A stretch of 64,000 bases of DNA, from positions 792 through 64,791 of the IMG/VR virus record IMGVR_UViG_3300033120_001036; one strand, given 5' to 3'. The DNA is from a virus. The notes beneath the pieces were generated by a model. It did no database searches. It was given only the letters and a program-made list of their open reading frames with translations, and had not been told where the DNA came from. Shown here one piece after another: positions 1 through 10,603 of the stretch. Made by a program: the position numbers and the translations under genes. Numbering within the stretch: the stretch's first letter is position 1; every line of letters begins with the position of its first letter.

Positions 1-805
1 TAAGAGAGTTCTTATCATCAACATTCAAATCAAACAGTAAGTGTTCTAATATTCCATACCAAAAATCCTTAGTTTTATATAAATCTATAAGATTAATATA
101 TGTTTCAGAAGTTGTAATATCTTCTGTTTTTTTAAAAATATTAATATCACTAACTACTTTGTAAGAAAAATGTTTTATGGTATTTATTTCTTCTATTGTA
201 AATAGTTCTTCGATGTGTGATTCATAACCAAGATATTTGTATTCGTCTTGATTTTCTTTCATTCCTGTGAAACTTGTGGCATACTGGTACATTAAACCTA
301 ATGATTTATTATACCCTTTTATTTTTAAAACTTCATTCAGTGAATTGAAAACACCTCCTTCTGGTTTAGATTCATAAACTGTTAAAGTCTCTTGTTTGTT
401 ACCGAAACCATCAGCAACTATAATGTGTATTTTTTCATAAATCTTTTGTTTGTTTTTATAATTAAAAAATGAAAGAGCAGACCAGGCATGGGCATCATGA
501 TGTGTAAAATCATCATTATGAGAATTTATATTTGCACTTATATTGTTTACTATGAAATCATAATCAATATATTTTTTTAAAGATTCACTTTTAAGATCAT
601 AATTATCAAACCAATGTGAAATGTAAACAGGTAAACCTTTAATGTCTACGTGTTTTGCTATTTCTTGGATAGAGAATTGTGGAAAGGCAGCAGTAGATTT
701 TACTCTATTTAGTCGCTCTTCTTCCTAACCGATAACTAAATCTCCATCTGTGTATATGGCAGAAGAATTATGACCTAATGTAAGAAGTATTGCTTTTTTG
801 CTCAT
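1..805 (-). pseudogene. Carbamoyltransferase (NodU/CmcH/TobZ family), N-terminal part, with in-frame TAG at codon 27; runs off the window edge
   Basis: Manual translation from ATG at 805 gives MSKKAILLTLGHNSSA...IG*EEERLNRVKS..FP, THHDAHAWSA, VADGFG and SLGLMY...DEYKYLG. The TAG is at 725-727 and the frame is otherwise open to base 1. Absent from the ORF track. Confidence 0.85.
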
Positions 806-1581
806 TTATTTAATTTTTTTTGATGATCTTCAAATTTTTGCCCCCAACCGTCTTGACCTGAGTAATATCTTTTACCAACTCCACCTTGATATTTTAAATC
901 TCTTTCAGCTCTTTCTCTTCCTAATATTATAGCTGCTTTTCTTTCATTGTGGAGTATCTTTTCATCCTCAACGTATTTTATATCAAAAGAATCTATAAAA
1001 TGTCTCTCAGATGGAATCATTAACCCTATTGGATCTCCTTTACTTATTTTAAAGGTTCCAGGTTTATTTATTCTAATGTTAAAAGTAAAATCTCTTCTAA
1101 GATTGTCAGTTTCTACATAAGCACCCATACAAGTGTAATCCAAGATATAATTGATTGGGTGAACTATTATGATGTTTATTTTTTCTGATGTTCTAACCTG
1201 AAACCTGTTTTGAAAAGTAATTATTCCCATTCCAAAATGAGAACTTATAATTTGAGTTTCTGGTTTTTCACAAAAATCAATATGTAAATCGTTTACTGAG
1301 GGTCCTCCATTCCAATTTACATACATATCAACCTCAGAAACAACCAAAAAACCTAATTGGTTTCCTAAAACAACTGGTGGGCAGTGGTATATGTGATCAG
1401 TTGTAAACCAGTCTCTTTTTTTATTGTTTTTCATAGATCTAACTATGAAGTCAACATTTTCTTTTTTTACAGATTCATTGTCTGTTATGATAGACAAAAA
1501 ACCCTCATCGAATTTTGAAACCTCTTTAGGTTCTCCAATATTGTCTAAAGTTTTTGAATTATCTGGAAAAGTGTATTTCAT
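802..1581 (-). CDS. DUF6065-like protein
   Basis: Motifs YHCPPVVLGNQLGF, HFGMGIITF, VETD..RRDFTFN and KGDPI resemble DUF6065. Confidence 0.6.
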   Translation of the reverse strand: MKYTFPDNSKTLDNIGEPKEVSKFDEGFLSIITDNESVKKENVDFIVRSMKNNKKRDWFTTDHIYHCPPVVLGNQLGFLVVSEVDMYVNWNGGPSVNDLHIDFCEKPETQIISSHFGMGIITFQNRFQVRTSEKINIIIVHPINYILDYTCMGAYVETDNLRRDFTFNIRINKPGTFKISKGDPIGLMIPSERHFIDSFDIKYVEDEKILHNERKAAIILGRERAERDLKYQGGVGKRYYSGQDGWGQKFEDHQKKLNK

Positions 1582-2093
1582 TAGAATCTATTTTTTACTT
1601 TCTTTATCATGACTCCATTTATAGAGTCACCAAGCAGTTCCATTTCAAACTCAGACGGTCTAAGTTTATCAGTCAATCTATTTAATTTATCTGACTTGTC
1701 TTTTGCTGCCCAGTAAATGCTGTTGAAATAATCTGCTTGTTTTTGCATTTTGAAAAATTTCTTTTTCTTAAATATGAAATCCTGATCTAATAAAACAGCG
1801 TTTTCAACTATTTTTTCTGTAGCCTTTTCTCCACTACCAGCAATTCTTTTCCTATGCTCTTCCCATTTTTGAGCCTCAAAAACCTCCATGTCGAACTTTT
1901 CTTCAGCAAGTATATTGTCACAATCTGCCTTCATGAGTCCTAGTTTATTGAGTAAAACTGGAAAAGTTAGTATCTCACCCAAAATATTGGCGTAATCTGT
2001 GTTAATAAGACCATCTATGTCTATGTTTGACTCAAAAGGTGAAATGCTAAGCACATAGGTATAGTTACCTATTTGAATTGTTAATTTTTCCAT
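1581..2093 (-). CDS. UvsY-like recombination mediator (putative)
   Basis: Helical 170-aa protein with a KATEKIVENAV...DKSDKL pattern, located in the replication block. Confidence 0.4.
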   Translation of the reverse strand: MEKLTIQIGNYTYVLSISPFESNIDIDGLINTDYANILGEILTFPVLLNKLGLMKADCDNILAEEKFDMEVFEAQKWEEHRKRIAGSGEKATEKIVENAVLLDQDFIFKKKKFFKMQKQADYFNSIYWAAKDKSDKLNRLTDKLRPSEFEMELLGDSINGVMIKKVKNRF

Positions 2094-2833
2094 TAATTGT
2101 ATCTATCTAAAACTTTCGCAGACTTGTAATATAATTTATTATCGTACCTTAATTCAACTTGTTCATGCAGCATTAGGTCTAATTTTTTTGATACGCCTAT
2201 TGCTTTTCTTATTGTAGATTTAAAAACCAATGCTTCAACTATCCTACCATCTTCAATACATAAATTAACCAACATGCCAAATTTATATTTTGTTTCTAGA
2301 TCATCGTAAGCACCTCTTCCGGTTTTCTTTATTTTTGTTACATCTAGGTAATTTTCTGGTGTTGGTATTTTGCCAGTAACTATAGTTGTAACAGATTTGT
2401 TTTTTGTTTTTTCAAAACAATCAAATCCAAATTTTGTTAAAGCTAACATTTCTTTGGATACACTTTCTAAAACCTTTAACTCTATAAGGTTGTTTATTAT
2501 TTTTTCAAAAAAAGCTTCAGATAATTTAGCCTCTGATCTTAAAATGTCTCTCCAAATACATTTACCAATCATTGTTTCTGGCTCTAAAAATGTAGTAGAA
2601 AACAATACATTTAAGATAGAATATTGGTTTTTATCTAAAAACAATATTTTTAAATTTTTATATTCATTTTTATATTTTTTGAAAATAGAATCATAGCTTT
2701 CAGATAATTGCATTCTAGATACTTGAATACATTTTTGCATATATTTTTCTATAAACCTTTCTTTTGATAAAATGAAACAGTCTAAGATTACTTTTTCATC
2801 TTGTTGGTTGAATTGTTTTCTTGTAAACTCCAT
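2093..2833 (-). CDS. Hypothetical protein
   Basis: 246-aa ORF abutting both neighbours. Confidence 0.75.
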   Translation of the reverse strand: MEFTRKQFNQQDEKVILDCFILSKERFIEKYMQKCIQVSRMQLSESYDSIFKKYKNEYKNLKILFLDKNQYSILNVLFSTTFLEPETMIGKCIWRDILRSEAKLSEAFFEKIINNLIELKVLESVSKEMLALTKFGFDCFEKTKNKSVTTIVTGKIPTPENYLDVTKIKKTGRGAYDDLETKYKFGMLVNLCIEDGRIVEALVFKSTIRKAIGVSKKLDLMLHEQVELRYDNKLYYKSAKVLDRYN

Positions 2834-3682
2834 TTAGTTAAAAAAATTAGTTTTAGGTGAAAGCTTGTAATCGTAATTAGATATATATAAAATTAATTCT
2901 CTAGAAGTATCCTCATACCAATGATTTAAGTTTAAAGAAGTTAATTTTAAATTTCTAACTAGAAATGCTGGATTTATTTCGAAGTTATACCCTACTTCTT
3001 TAAATGCTTCCAATTCTTCTTTGCCTTCATCTAAATTATTCCAAAACTTTAACAAAGCTTTTTCACCAACACCATGTTTTAATAATTTATGAACGTTATC
3101 ACCTGAACAACCTAAGAATATTTTATTTAACAATTCAAGCTTCGAATCTACTGGTTTTATATTAAAACCATTTGAATTAATTTGCCTATTTTTATTATAA
3201 GAAAATGTCTCTATTGAGTTGTTAGAACCAACAATGAAAACTTTATTATTTTTAGTCAACTGTAGTAGATCTTTGTCATTTGATATTACAAAAATCTCTA
3301 AAAAATCTGTGTCAGTAAGTAGTAAATCACATAAACCTGCTATTATATCATCCGCTTCAAAATCATTCAATAGCATTCTTGAGTTTGATATTTTTTCAAC
3401 AAGAATTTTTTGGTGATTTTTTAATTCTTCTGGTTTACTTGATCTTGTGATTTTGTAATCATCAGATATTGATTTTCTCCAAGAAGTTTCTGAATCTTCT
3501 GCTATTATTATATCTTCAACTTTTGAATTTGAAAATAAATTTATAGAATTCATCTTTTTTTGAAAAGATCTTTCTATTGCATTTTTTAAATCATTTAAAT
3601 CAACTGATTCTTTTTTTCCAAGTAGAGCATAATAAGTAGTAGTATACAAATTTAACCAGTCTACGATTATTATCTTTTTCAT
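2834..3682 (-). CDS. 5'-3' exonuclease / flap endonuclease (T4 RNase H / PolI 5'-nuclease family)
   Basis: IIVDWLN, WRK...DYK..R, FEADDII, SNDKDLLQL and GCSGDNV motifs. Confidence 0.9.
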   Translation of the reverse strand: MKKIIIVDWLNLYTTTYYALLGKKESVDLNDLKNAIERSFQKKMNSINLFSNSKVEDIIIAEDSETSWRKSISDDYKITRSSKPEELKNHQKILVEKISNSRMLLNDFEADDIIAGLCDLLLTDTDFLEIFVISNDKDLLQLTKNNKVFIVGSNNSIETFSYNKNRQINSNGFNIKPVDSKLELLNKIFLGCSGDNVHKLLKHGVGEKALLKFWNNLDEGKEELEAFKEVGYNFEINPAFLVRNLKLTSLNLNHWYEDTSRELILYISNYDYKLSPKTNFFN

Positions 3683-3699
3683 TTATAGGAGTTAATATG

Positions 3700-3726
3700 T
3701 AAAATTAATAAATATATTCTTAAGAA
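3700..3726 (-). promoter_or_regulatory. Promoter (-7 variant TAATTTTA) with TTCTTAAGAA palindrome
   Basis: Intergenic; palindrome at 3717-3726, 9 nt from the -7 box; upstream of the exonuclease. Confidence 0.6.
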
Positions 3727-3736
3727 AAAATGTTTA

Positions 3737-6700
3737 TTAACAAAATATTTGAATAAAAGTATTGTCTTTGGAGTATATAGTATTTTGTTGCCTATATGAA
3801 TCAAAAGAACATGATCCAGATATTGCTATCAAATTTCCTTCAAGAGATTTATCTAATATGCTAGAATACTCAATAGAAGAATCTTCCCACAAAACAACCC
3901 CAAATGATATAGATTTTTGTTCCATAATCATTTTACACATTTTTTTGCCACCTTTTGTTGTCATAGGGTTTACTTTTTTAACTATACCTATTATTACAAC
4001 ATCATTATCTCTACTACTTTCGAAATCTTCCATTTCTCCTATAGAAATGACCCTTTTATTGATTATATTTTCATCTAGATAATCTCTTAAAGATTCATAA
4101 TCTATACCGTCATATCCACATATTTGTTTTGATTTTAATTGCCACCACCAGTTTGAAATAAAACTATGATTCTTACCTATTTCTATAGTGTTTGTTTTTT
4201 CATTTCTAAGAGAGTCTAATTTTTCCACGATATTCAATCTATCCTTAGCTCTTTTTACGTCACAGATGTCATCAAATGCACCAGCATAAGCTAGATTGTA
4301 CATAACAGTTTTATTAACCAACTTTGAACATCTTTTGAAAAATTCTTCTATAGAATAAAATGAACCATTGGTATCTCTTTCTTCCATTAATTTGGAAAGT
4401 GAAGCTTCACCACACCCATAAATTGAAGATATTGACCAATAAATTGTATCTATACCATTTGTTGTAAATTCAGTTGTGGAAACATTAATCGAAGGTGGTA
4501 ATACCTTTATTGACCCAGAAAGTGCTATTTCATATAATTTATTTTGAATCTCATCATTTTTTGAATTTTTAAGAGAAACAGTCCAGAATTCTAAAGGGTA
4601 GTGAACTTTTAAATATTGTGCTATGTATCCCATTACAGAATAGGAAGCTGCATGGCTTCTGTTAAAACCATAAGCTCCAAATGCTAATATTTTTTCCCAA
4701 ACAGGTAAAGATTCATTTTTGTAAACTCCAAGTTCTTCATAGCCTTTAATGAATTTATCTTTGTATTCAAGATAATTAGGATCATCCCAATAATTACCTT
4801 TAAGTTTTGTTATAAATTTTCTAAAAGAATCTGATTCTATTAAAGAAGTTTTTGCAATTTTAGAATAAGCAGCCATAACTTGCTCTTGGTATACATAAAG
4901 ACCAACAGTATCTTTCGTTACATCATCTAAAAATGGGTCAAATTTTAAAACTCTTTGACCAAACTTTAATTCTACATAGTGATTATGTGCCCCAGAATCC
5001 ATAGGCCCTGGTCTATATAAAGCGTTAGCAGCTGTTAGTTCTTCTATATTGTCTGGTTTCAAATAAACAGAATATTTTTTCTGCGATGGCGATCCAAACT
5101 GGAAAACATCCTCATTCCACCCTGAGTGGAAATAATCATAAACACTTCTATCTTCTAAATTTAAGTTGTAAATATCTGGAACAGTTTTATTAGCTTTTTT
5201 TATTAATTCAAGTGTTTGTGAAAATTTACTTAATTGAGCTAAACCAAGAATATCAGCCTTTAAAAAACCAAGCTCATCCAATTCAGTTCCTTGAAGTTGA
5301 GTAACTAAATATCCATCAATTTCAGTTACTGGAGTATAATTTTCAAATTTACCTTGACCATCTCTAATTGGAACTATTATAGATGCTGAAGCATGAACAC
5401 CCATAGACCTTGGTTGTCCTATTATTGCTTCAAAAAGAGGTTGGAAATCTGAATATTTTTGTAAAATACTAAGAAGTTTTGGTTCTGAAGCTGCGCAAGC
5501 CATCAATCCTTCAAATGAATCTTCAAAATCTTTACCTATTGTTGATGTAGCCAACTTTACTGTTCCGAACTCAACACCAAGATATTTTAAAACATCAGTT
5601 AGTAAAGATTTTAATTTATACATAGAATAGGTTCCAACGTTAGAAACCCTATCATGTGTATATCTTTCCACCAAATACTGTTTAGCTTGATCTCTCTTTA
5701 CGTCTTCTATGTCTGTGTCAATATCTGGCAGTGATTTTTGAGCCCTACCTTCATTTAGAAAACGCTCAAATAGTAGGTTGTATTTTATTGGATCTATCTC
5801 TACAATATCTAATAAGTAACTTATTAAACTACCAGCAGCAGATCCTCTACCAAAACCAACTAAAATATTTCTTGCTCTACATTCTCTACAGAAATCGTAA
5901 AGGATTAAGAAGTAATCTAAAACACCAGCATCTTTTATAACCTTAAATTCTTTTTCTACTCTAGAAATGTATAAATTAAATTCTTCTTCGTCTTTTGGTT
6001 TTACTTTACAATTTAAACCAGTATCTATTTGGTGCCAAAATAAATCTTCCTTATCGTCGAAAAGCATTTCTTCTGTTTTTGTCAAAACATACTGAGGTAA
6101 TTTTCTGGAAAAATCAAACTCAAAACCAGAACACTTTTCTGACATTTTGACCGTGTTGTTGACTAACTTTTCTAATTCAATAAGTCCAAAATTTGAATCT
6201 GAAAACAATTCATAGGCTTGATTTACTAATTCAGTGTCAGATTTAAACCATTGATCTTCACTAGAAGGTAGGTTAATTCCACCTATTGTATTTATTAGTT
6301 TTTTAGCTTCATAGTCTTCTTTGTCTATGTAATATGAATCATGTATCCATACGAAACTTTCATCGAATGGAAGGCATTCTTTTATCCATAAAATTTGTTT
6401 ATTGTCTCTACTTTCTGAGCTCCATTCCAGAAAATTAATGGCAAAATAAAGATCATCTTGAAAGTATTCTATATATTTATCTATATAGTCTTTAATTTCA
6501 AAACAAACACCCATAACACAAACAAGACCTTCACTTCTATCAAAAACTTCTTGATGATTTATTGAAAGTAATTTATTGATTTGGATTTGAGATACTATGC
6601 TTGATAAGTTTCTCCAACCAATTTCATTTTTTACGTAAAGCTTTAAAGATCCTTCATTTGTTATTATCGTAGCGCCTATTATGGGTTTTATTCCTTCTGC

Positions 6701-7186
6701 TTTGCAAGCTTTGTAGAAATTATATGTTCCAGCTAATGTGTGTTTATCACATATACCCAAAGTGTCTACACCTAAAAATTTTGCCTTTTTTACATAATCT
6801 TTTGGTGTACCAACTGCGCTTAATAAGTCAAACCCGGTATGAACACCTAAGTGAGGCATGTTAAAATCCATCAAATTATTATATTTTCCAAGCCATTTGA
6901 AAGACTTCAAATCTATATAACCGTCTTCTTTTAATTTAGAATAGTAATAATGGTATCCAAACTCAAAAGCTAAATAGGTATTTTCGTCTACGTAACTTTC
7001 TATTAGTTCGTAGTCTATAAATCTAAATAATGAGTCTATTAATTTTGAACCCTCTAATGGTTCTACTAAGAGTAGTTTGAAATCTTCAAAAATAAATATA
7101 CCATTAATATTGGTATATTTTACTGATTTCAAATTTAACCAACTTTCAAAAGCCTGCAACGAAGCTTTACCTTCTACGATTTTCAT
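3737..7186 (-). CDS. dnaE: DNA polymerase III alpha subunit (family C)
   Basis: PHP domain (HLGVHT, DKHT), GRGSAAGSL, PDIDTD, KADILGL, YGFNRSHA and a C-terminal OB fold; carries a ~110-aa N-terminal extension. Confidence 0.97.
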   Translation of the reverse strand: MKIVEGKASLQAFESWLNLKSVKYTNINGIFIFEDFKLLLVEPLEGSKLIDSLFRFIDYELIESYVDENTYLAFEFGYHYYYSKLKEDGYIDLKSFKWLGKYNNLMDFNMPHLGVHTGFDLLSAVGTPKDYVKKAKFLGVDTLGICDKHTLAGTYNFYKACKAEGIKPIIGATIITNEGSLKLYVKNEIGWRNLSSIVSQIQINKLLSINHQEVFDRSEGLVCVMGVCFEIKDYIDKYIEYFQDDLYFAINFLEWSSESRDNKQILWIKECLPFDESFVWIHDSYYIDKEDYEAKKLINTIGGINLPSSEDQWFKSDTELVNQAYELFSDSNFGLIELEKLVNNTVKMSEKCSGFEFDFSRKLPQYVLTKTEEMLFDDKEDLFWHQIDTGLNCKVKPKDEEEFNLYISRVEKEFKVIKDAGVLDYFLILYDFCRECRARNILVGFGRGSAAGSLISYLLDIVEIDPIKYNLLFERFLNEGRAQKSLPDIDTDIEDVKRDQAKQYLVERYTHDRVSNVGTYSMYKLKSLLTDVLKYLGVEFGTVKLATSTIGKDFEDSFEGLMACAASEPKLLSILQKYSDFQPLFEAIIGQPRSMGVHASASIIVPIRDGQGKFENYTPVTEIDGYLVTQLQGTELDELGFLKADILGLAQLSKFSQTLELIKKANKTVPDIYNLNLEDRSVYDYFHSGWNEDVFQFGSPSQKKYSVYLKPDNIEELTAANALYRPGPMDSGAHNHYVELKFGQRVLKFDPFLDDVTKDTVGLYVYQEQVMAAYSKIAKTSLIESDSFRKFITKLKGNYWDDPNYLEYKDKFIKGYEELGVYKNESLPVWEKILAFGAYGFNRSHAASYSVMGYIAQYLKVHYPLEFWTVSLKNSKNDEIQNKLYEIALSGSIKVLPPSINVSTTEFTTNGIDTIYWSISSIYGCGEASLSKLMEERDTNGSFYSIEEFFKRCSKLVNKTVMYNLAYAGAFDDICDVKRAKDRLNIVEKLDSLRNEKTNTIEIGKNHSFISNWWWQLKSKQICGYDGIDYESLRDYLDENIINKRVISIGEMEDFESSRDNDVVIIGIVKKVNPMTTKGGKKMCKMIMEQKSISFGVVLWEDSSIEYSSILDKSLEGNLIAISGSCSFDSYRQQNTIYSKDNTFIQIFC

Positions 7187-7199
7187 ATTTTACGTTTTT

Positions 7200-7676
7200 T
7201 TAAAGTATTCTAAAACACTTCTTTGAATCTACAGTCATTTCTTCACCATCTGTCAAAATAGTCAATTTTGTGAAGTCTTTGCTTACGCTTTTTAGTTTGC
7301 CTATAAGTGTTTCGTTGTTTAATTCAAAACGAAAATCTTCACCAAACTTGTAATAGTAATAGTAATCCCATCTTTCTTGTTTTCTCTTTTGATCTTCATT
7401 TCTGTATAGAAACATTGGGAAATTTTTACCTACGTATATCCTTTGCTTGCAATCTTGTTCTATTTCTTCTGAAACAAACATTGTTGGAAGCATATTTCTC
7501 TCTGATATATTTTCTATATTTACTTTTTTGGATTCAGCTACCCCACCCCAATAATTTTTATCTATTTCTCTAGTGTAGATTCTTTGCCTCAATTTTGCGC
7601 AAACATATTCTAGTTGGAGTTGTACCATGTAATCTACCAAAGGAAGATTTCTACTTTTAATGGTTTCGTTATTCAT
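7200..7676 (-). CDS. Hypothetical protein
   Basis: 158-aa ORF between primase and DnaE. Confidence 0.75.
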   Translation of the reverse strand: MNNETIKSRNLPLVDYMVQLQLEYVCAKLRQRIYTREIDKNYWGGVAESKKVNIENISERNMLPTMFVSEEIEQDCKQRIYVGKNFPMFLYRNEDQKRKQERWDYYYYYKFGEDFRFELNNETLIGKLKSVSKDFTKLTILTDGEEMTVDSKKCFRIL

Positions 7677-8636
7677 TTATTTTAGTTTACTTTCGAGAAT
7701 TTCATACTGAAATGCTGTTGAGCTTTTTGCATTTAAAAATGAATCTAACAATTCTTCATCAGAAGATTCGTCTGGATCGCCCTTTAACCCCCAAGCAACA
7801 TTAACTTCTTTGAAGATATATTCAACGTCGCTGAGTGTTCTTTTTATCATTTTAATAGCATCAGAATCATACATTATAGTTACTTCATCTACTCCTTTAG
7901 ATAAAAGTCTAAAAATATGGTGAGTACTAAAATGTGCACCAAATGTGCAACAACATTTTACGTTATCGATACCGTATTTCTTCAAAAATCTGTCAATTGC
8001 AAATTTATCAAATAAGCCCTCAACAATTATTACTACGTTACCTTTTTCAACATCGTCTATCCCAAAAAGTATTTTCTCGAAAGAACTTTCAGAATTCCTA
8101 TATCTTAAAATTCCATTTTCTTCACAGAATTTTTTCTTAAATTTTGATCTAGATACAAAAGCTACATTTAAACCATCTTGAGCGATTGGAAATATCACGT
8201 AATTTCTATACTTTGGATCTATCTTAGTTATCCCGAATTCTATACCTAAATTGTCACCAAAGCCTCTCTCAGTTATGTATTCATGTGATTCTAATTTTTT
8301 ATATCCAAGTGGTAAAATGCATTCTTCTACTTCTAAGTTTAATTCTTCTTTTACTGTAGACTCTAAAAAAGATTCTATTTTTTCAGAATACTTACCTCCG
8401 TATCTTTCTTTTAAAAATTCTCTTAAAAGATCATAGTGTTTCAATAAAGAATAAATATTACACCTATACCCACACTTAACCTTTCTCCAACATTGACCTG
8501 GGTTATATGGTTTAGTTACAGATATGTAAAATTCATTTTGACCGCATTCTGGGCAATTAGTCTTTACATTCTTCCCATTTGAAGATATTTTAGAATTTGG
8601 AACTATAGAAAGAATTTGATCTTTATTGAGTATCAT
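7677..8636 (-). CDS. DNA primase (Zn finger + TOPRIM)
   Basis: CPECG...CW..KC zinc finger, VEGLFD and YDSD TOPRIM motifs. Confidence 0.92.
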   Translation of the reverse strand: MILNKDQILSIVPNSKISSNGKNVKTNCPECGQNEFYISVTKPYNPGQCWRKVKCGYRCNIYSLLKHYDLLREFLKERYGGKYSEKIESFLESTVKEELNLEVEECILPLGYKKLESHEYITERGFGDNLGIEFGITKIDPKYRNYVIFPIAQDGLNVAFVSRSKFKKKFCEENGILRYRNSESSFEKILFGIDDVEKGNVVIIVEGLFDKFAIDRFLKKYGIDNVKCCCTFGAHFSTHHIFRLLSKGVDEVTIMYDSDAIKMIKRTLSDVEYIFKEVNVAWGLKGDPDESSDEELLDSFLNAKSSTAFQYEILESKLK

Positions 8637-9969
8637 TCTTTTTCTTATTTATCTCCCTAGTCCTCTTTATGTCTATAAATCTACCTTTCTCTAAAGCTTG
8701 ATAAAATCTCCAAGTTTTATTAGGTGCGTGTTTTCTAAACTTATCTCCATGAACTCTACATATACCCAAATCTCTTTCGTCATTAGTGGCATTAACTGTT
8801 AAGAAATAACTAAAAGGTTTTACCATTCCTTTGAATTCAGAAATGTCATCCCTTGTCATAACAAATTCTGGATTGTTTTGTTTTTCCTTAGGTATGTTCA
8901 TTGCTTGTGTTGCAGCTACACAAGAAGCATTAAATTCTATAGATAAGTCAGTTATACCATTTGCAACCCCCTCTCTTCTAGCTCTTTCGTTTTCAAATGA
9001 CCCTCTTCTTTTAAAAAGCTCCAAGTAATCCCAAATAATTAAATCTATAGGACCAAATAGCTTTTGAATATCAAATAAAACTTCTCTGCAGTCTTCAAGC
9101 CACATAGAATCAAATGTTTCTATTGCATGAACCCTTATTTCTCCACCAAGAGCCATTATATTTTTTGCAGCTTTTTCTATTTTAACAATTGATTCTGGTG
9201 AAATATTACCTATTTCCATGTCGTCTATGTTGACACCAGTCCAACAAGCGTCGTAACCAGTTTCACATTCGTCTTTAGATCCCTCAGCTTGAAAATGAAC
9301 TACATTTTTTCCCAATTGAGCGTTGTATGCACCTATCCATCTCAACCATGTTGATTTACCTCCACCAGATATTGCCATTATGAGAGAAGAAGTCTTTCTT
9401 CTAAACCCACCATGTAGATATGAATCTATTTCTGGAATACCTGAAGAAATTTTATCAGATACTATTTGAGAAATGTCTACATTTTTCCTTTTTCTAGCTT
9501 CGTATCTTTCCTGGTAACCAGAAAATATAGAACTGTAGTAATTGTCTTTTATCGAAAAGTTATTGATTTCTTCAGATTTTTTAGCCAATATTTCTATCGC
9601 TTTATCTGTTTCTCCTTTAGAGTATATGTCTGCTACTTCACCATGTAAAGCTACAAATCTTGATTTTCTTACAAAATCTTCTAATTGGGTGAGAATAGAG
9701 TCATCAGTTAAATTCTTTGTTTCAGCATCTTTAACTCTAGAAAGAAATTCTAAAACTTCAGCACTTTGCGGTAGTCCTTGGCTTATAATTCCTATTGTAG
9801 GTGTTTTATCATTTGTCTTCTTGTAATCAAGCAAGAATTTAAAACACTTTTTTTGAATTTCTACATTGAAAAAATAATACTCTACATGTCTCACAACTGC
9901 ATCTAAAACTCTCTCTGAATTTAGACACATTTTGTAAAGTTCTATTACGAAATTATCACTTAAGGTCAT
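8623..9969 (-). CDS. Replicative DnaB-family (SF4) helicase
   Basis: Walker A AISGGGKS, IIWDYLEL Walker B, AATQ and KFR motifs. Confidence 0.92.
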   Translation of the reverse strand: MTLSDNFVIELYKMCLNSERVLDAVVRHVEYYFFNVEIQKKCFKFLLDYKKTNDKTPTIGIISQGLPQSAEVLEFLSRVKDAETKNLTDDSILTQLEDFVRKSRFVALHGEVADIYSKGETDKAIEILAKKSEEINNFSIKDNYYSSIFSGYQERYEARKRKNVDISQIVSDKISSGIPEIDSYLHGGFRRKTSSLIMAISGGGKSTWLRWIGAYNAQLGKNVVHFQAEGSKDECETGYDACWTGVNIDDMEIGNISPESIVKIEKAAKNIMALGGEIRVHAIETFDSMWLEDCREVLFDIQKLFGPIDLIIWDYLELFKRRGSFENERARREGVANGITDLSIEFNASCVAATQAMNIPKEKQNNPEFVMTRDDISEFKGMVKPFSYFLTVNATNDERDLGICRVHGDKFRKHAPNKTWRFYQALEKGRFIDIKRTREINKKKNDTQ

Positions 9970-9971
9970 TT

Positions 9972-10565
9972 TTACTTGGTTATATCTTCACACTCTTTTT
10001 TAAAATGACAGATCAAACAATTAACGTCTTTACTATCAAAGCCTCCAGTTACCCTAATACATGCAAGGTAATTCTCTTGAGACTTAAATAAAATTCTGTG
10101 TTTCGAAATAGAGGAGAGGGTTTCATTTTGGTTATTTATTTTTTTGTGATTAATATATCTTTTATAAAAGTCTTCTAGATTTATAGGTTTGAATTTTTCT
10201 AAACAATATTGAGAAAAAATTAAATCGTCAAACTCTACATCTCTTTTTAACCATCTTTCTATAGCTTTTTTGCCAAATACTTTTTGAATATCTATCTCGC
10301 CGTTGTTGTAATTCTCAACACCAGTTTCCCAAGTTATAGACAGCCATGAAAATTGAAAAGTTAAATAGGTAAATACAAAATTATGACCTATTACCACATC
10401 TTTATCAGCAAAAGCAATTAAGTATTTAGTCAATGTTTTTTTATCTCTTTCATTGACTTTTATATACCAATTTTTGTTTTTGTAAGTTATTTTTCTAGTA
10501 AAATACTCAAAAGCATCTAAACAAAAATCAAAATTAGAGACTGCTATTTTTTGTAATTCATTCAT
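9972..10565 (-). CDS. Hypothetical protein heading the helicase-primase-DnaE operon
   Basis: 197 aa with C-terminal Cys cluster (C..CLIC..C). Confidence 0.7.
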   Translation of the reverse strand: MNELQKIAVSNFDFCLDAFEYFTRKITYKNKNWYIKVNERDKKTLTKYLIAFADKDVVIGHNFVFTYLTFQFSWLSITWETGVENYNNGEIDIQKVFGKKAIERWLKRDVEFDDLIFSQYCLEKFKPINLEDFYKRYINHKKINNQNETLSSISKHRILFKSQENYLACIRVTGGFDSKDVNCLICHFKKECEDITK

Positions 10566-10572
10566 TGTTTTA

Positions 10573-10600
10573 CAAAAATAACAATTTCTTTTCTTAAGAA
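10573..10600 (-). promoter_or_regulatory. Bacteroidota-type promoter (TATTTTTG) with TTCTTAAGAA palindrome
   Basis: -7 box at 10573-10580 and palindrome at 10591-10600. Confidence 0.7.
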
Positions 10601-10603
10601 AAA

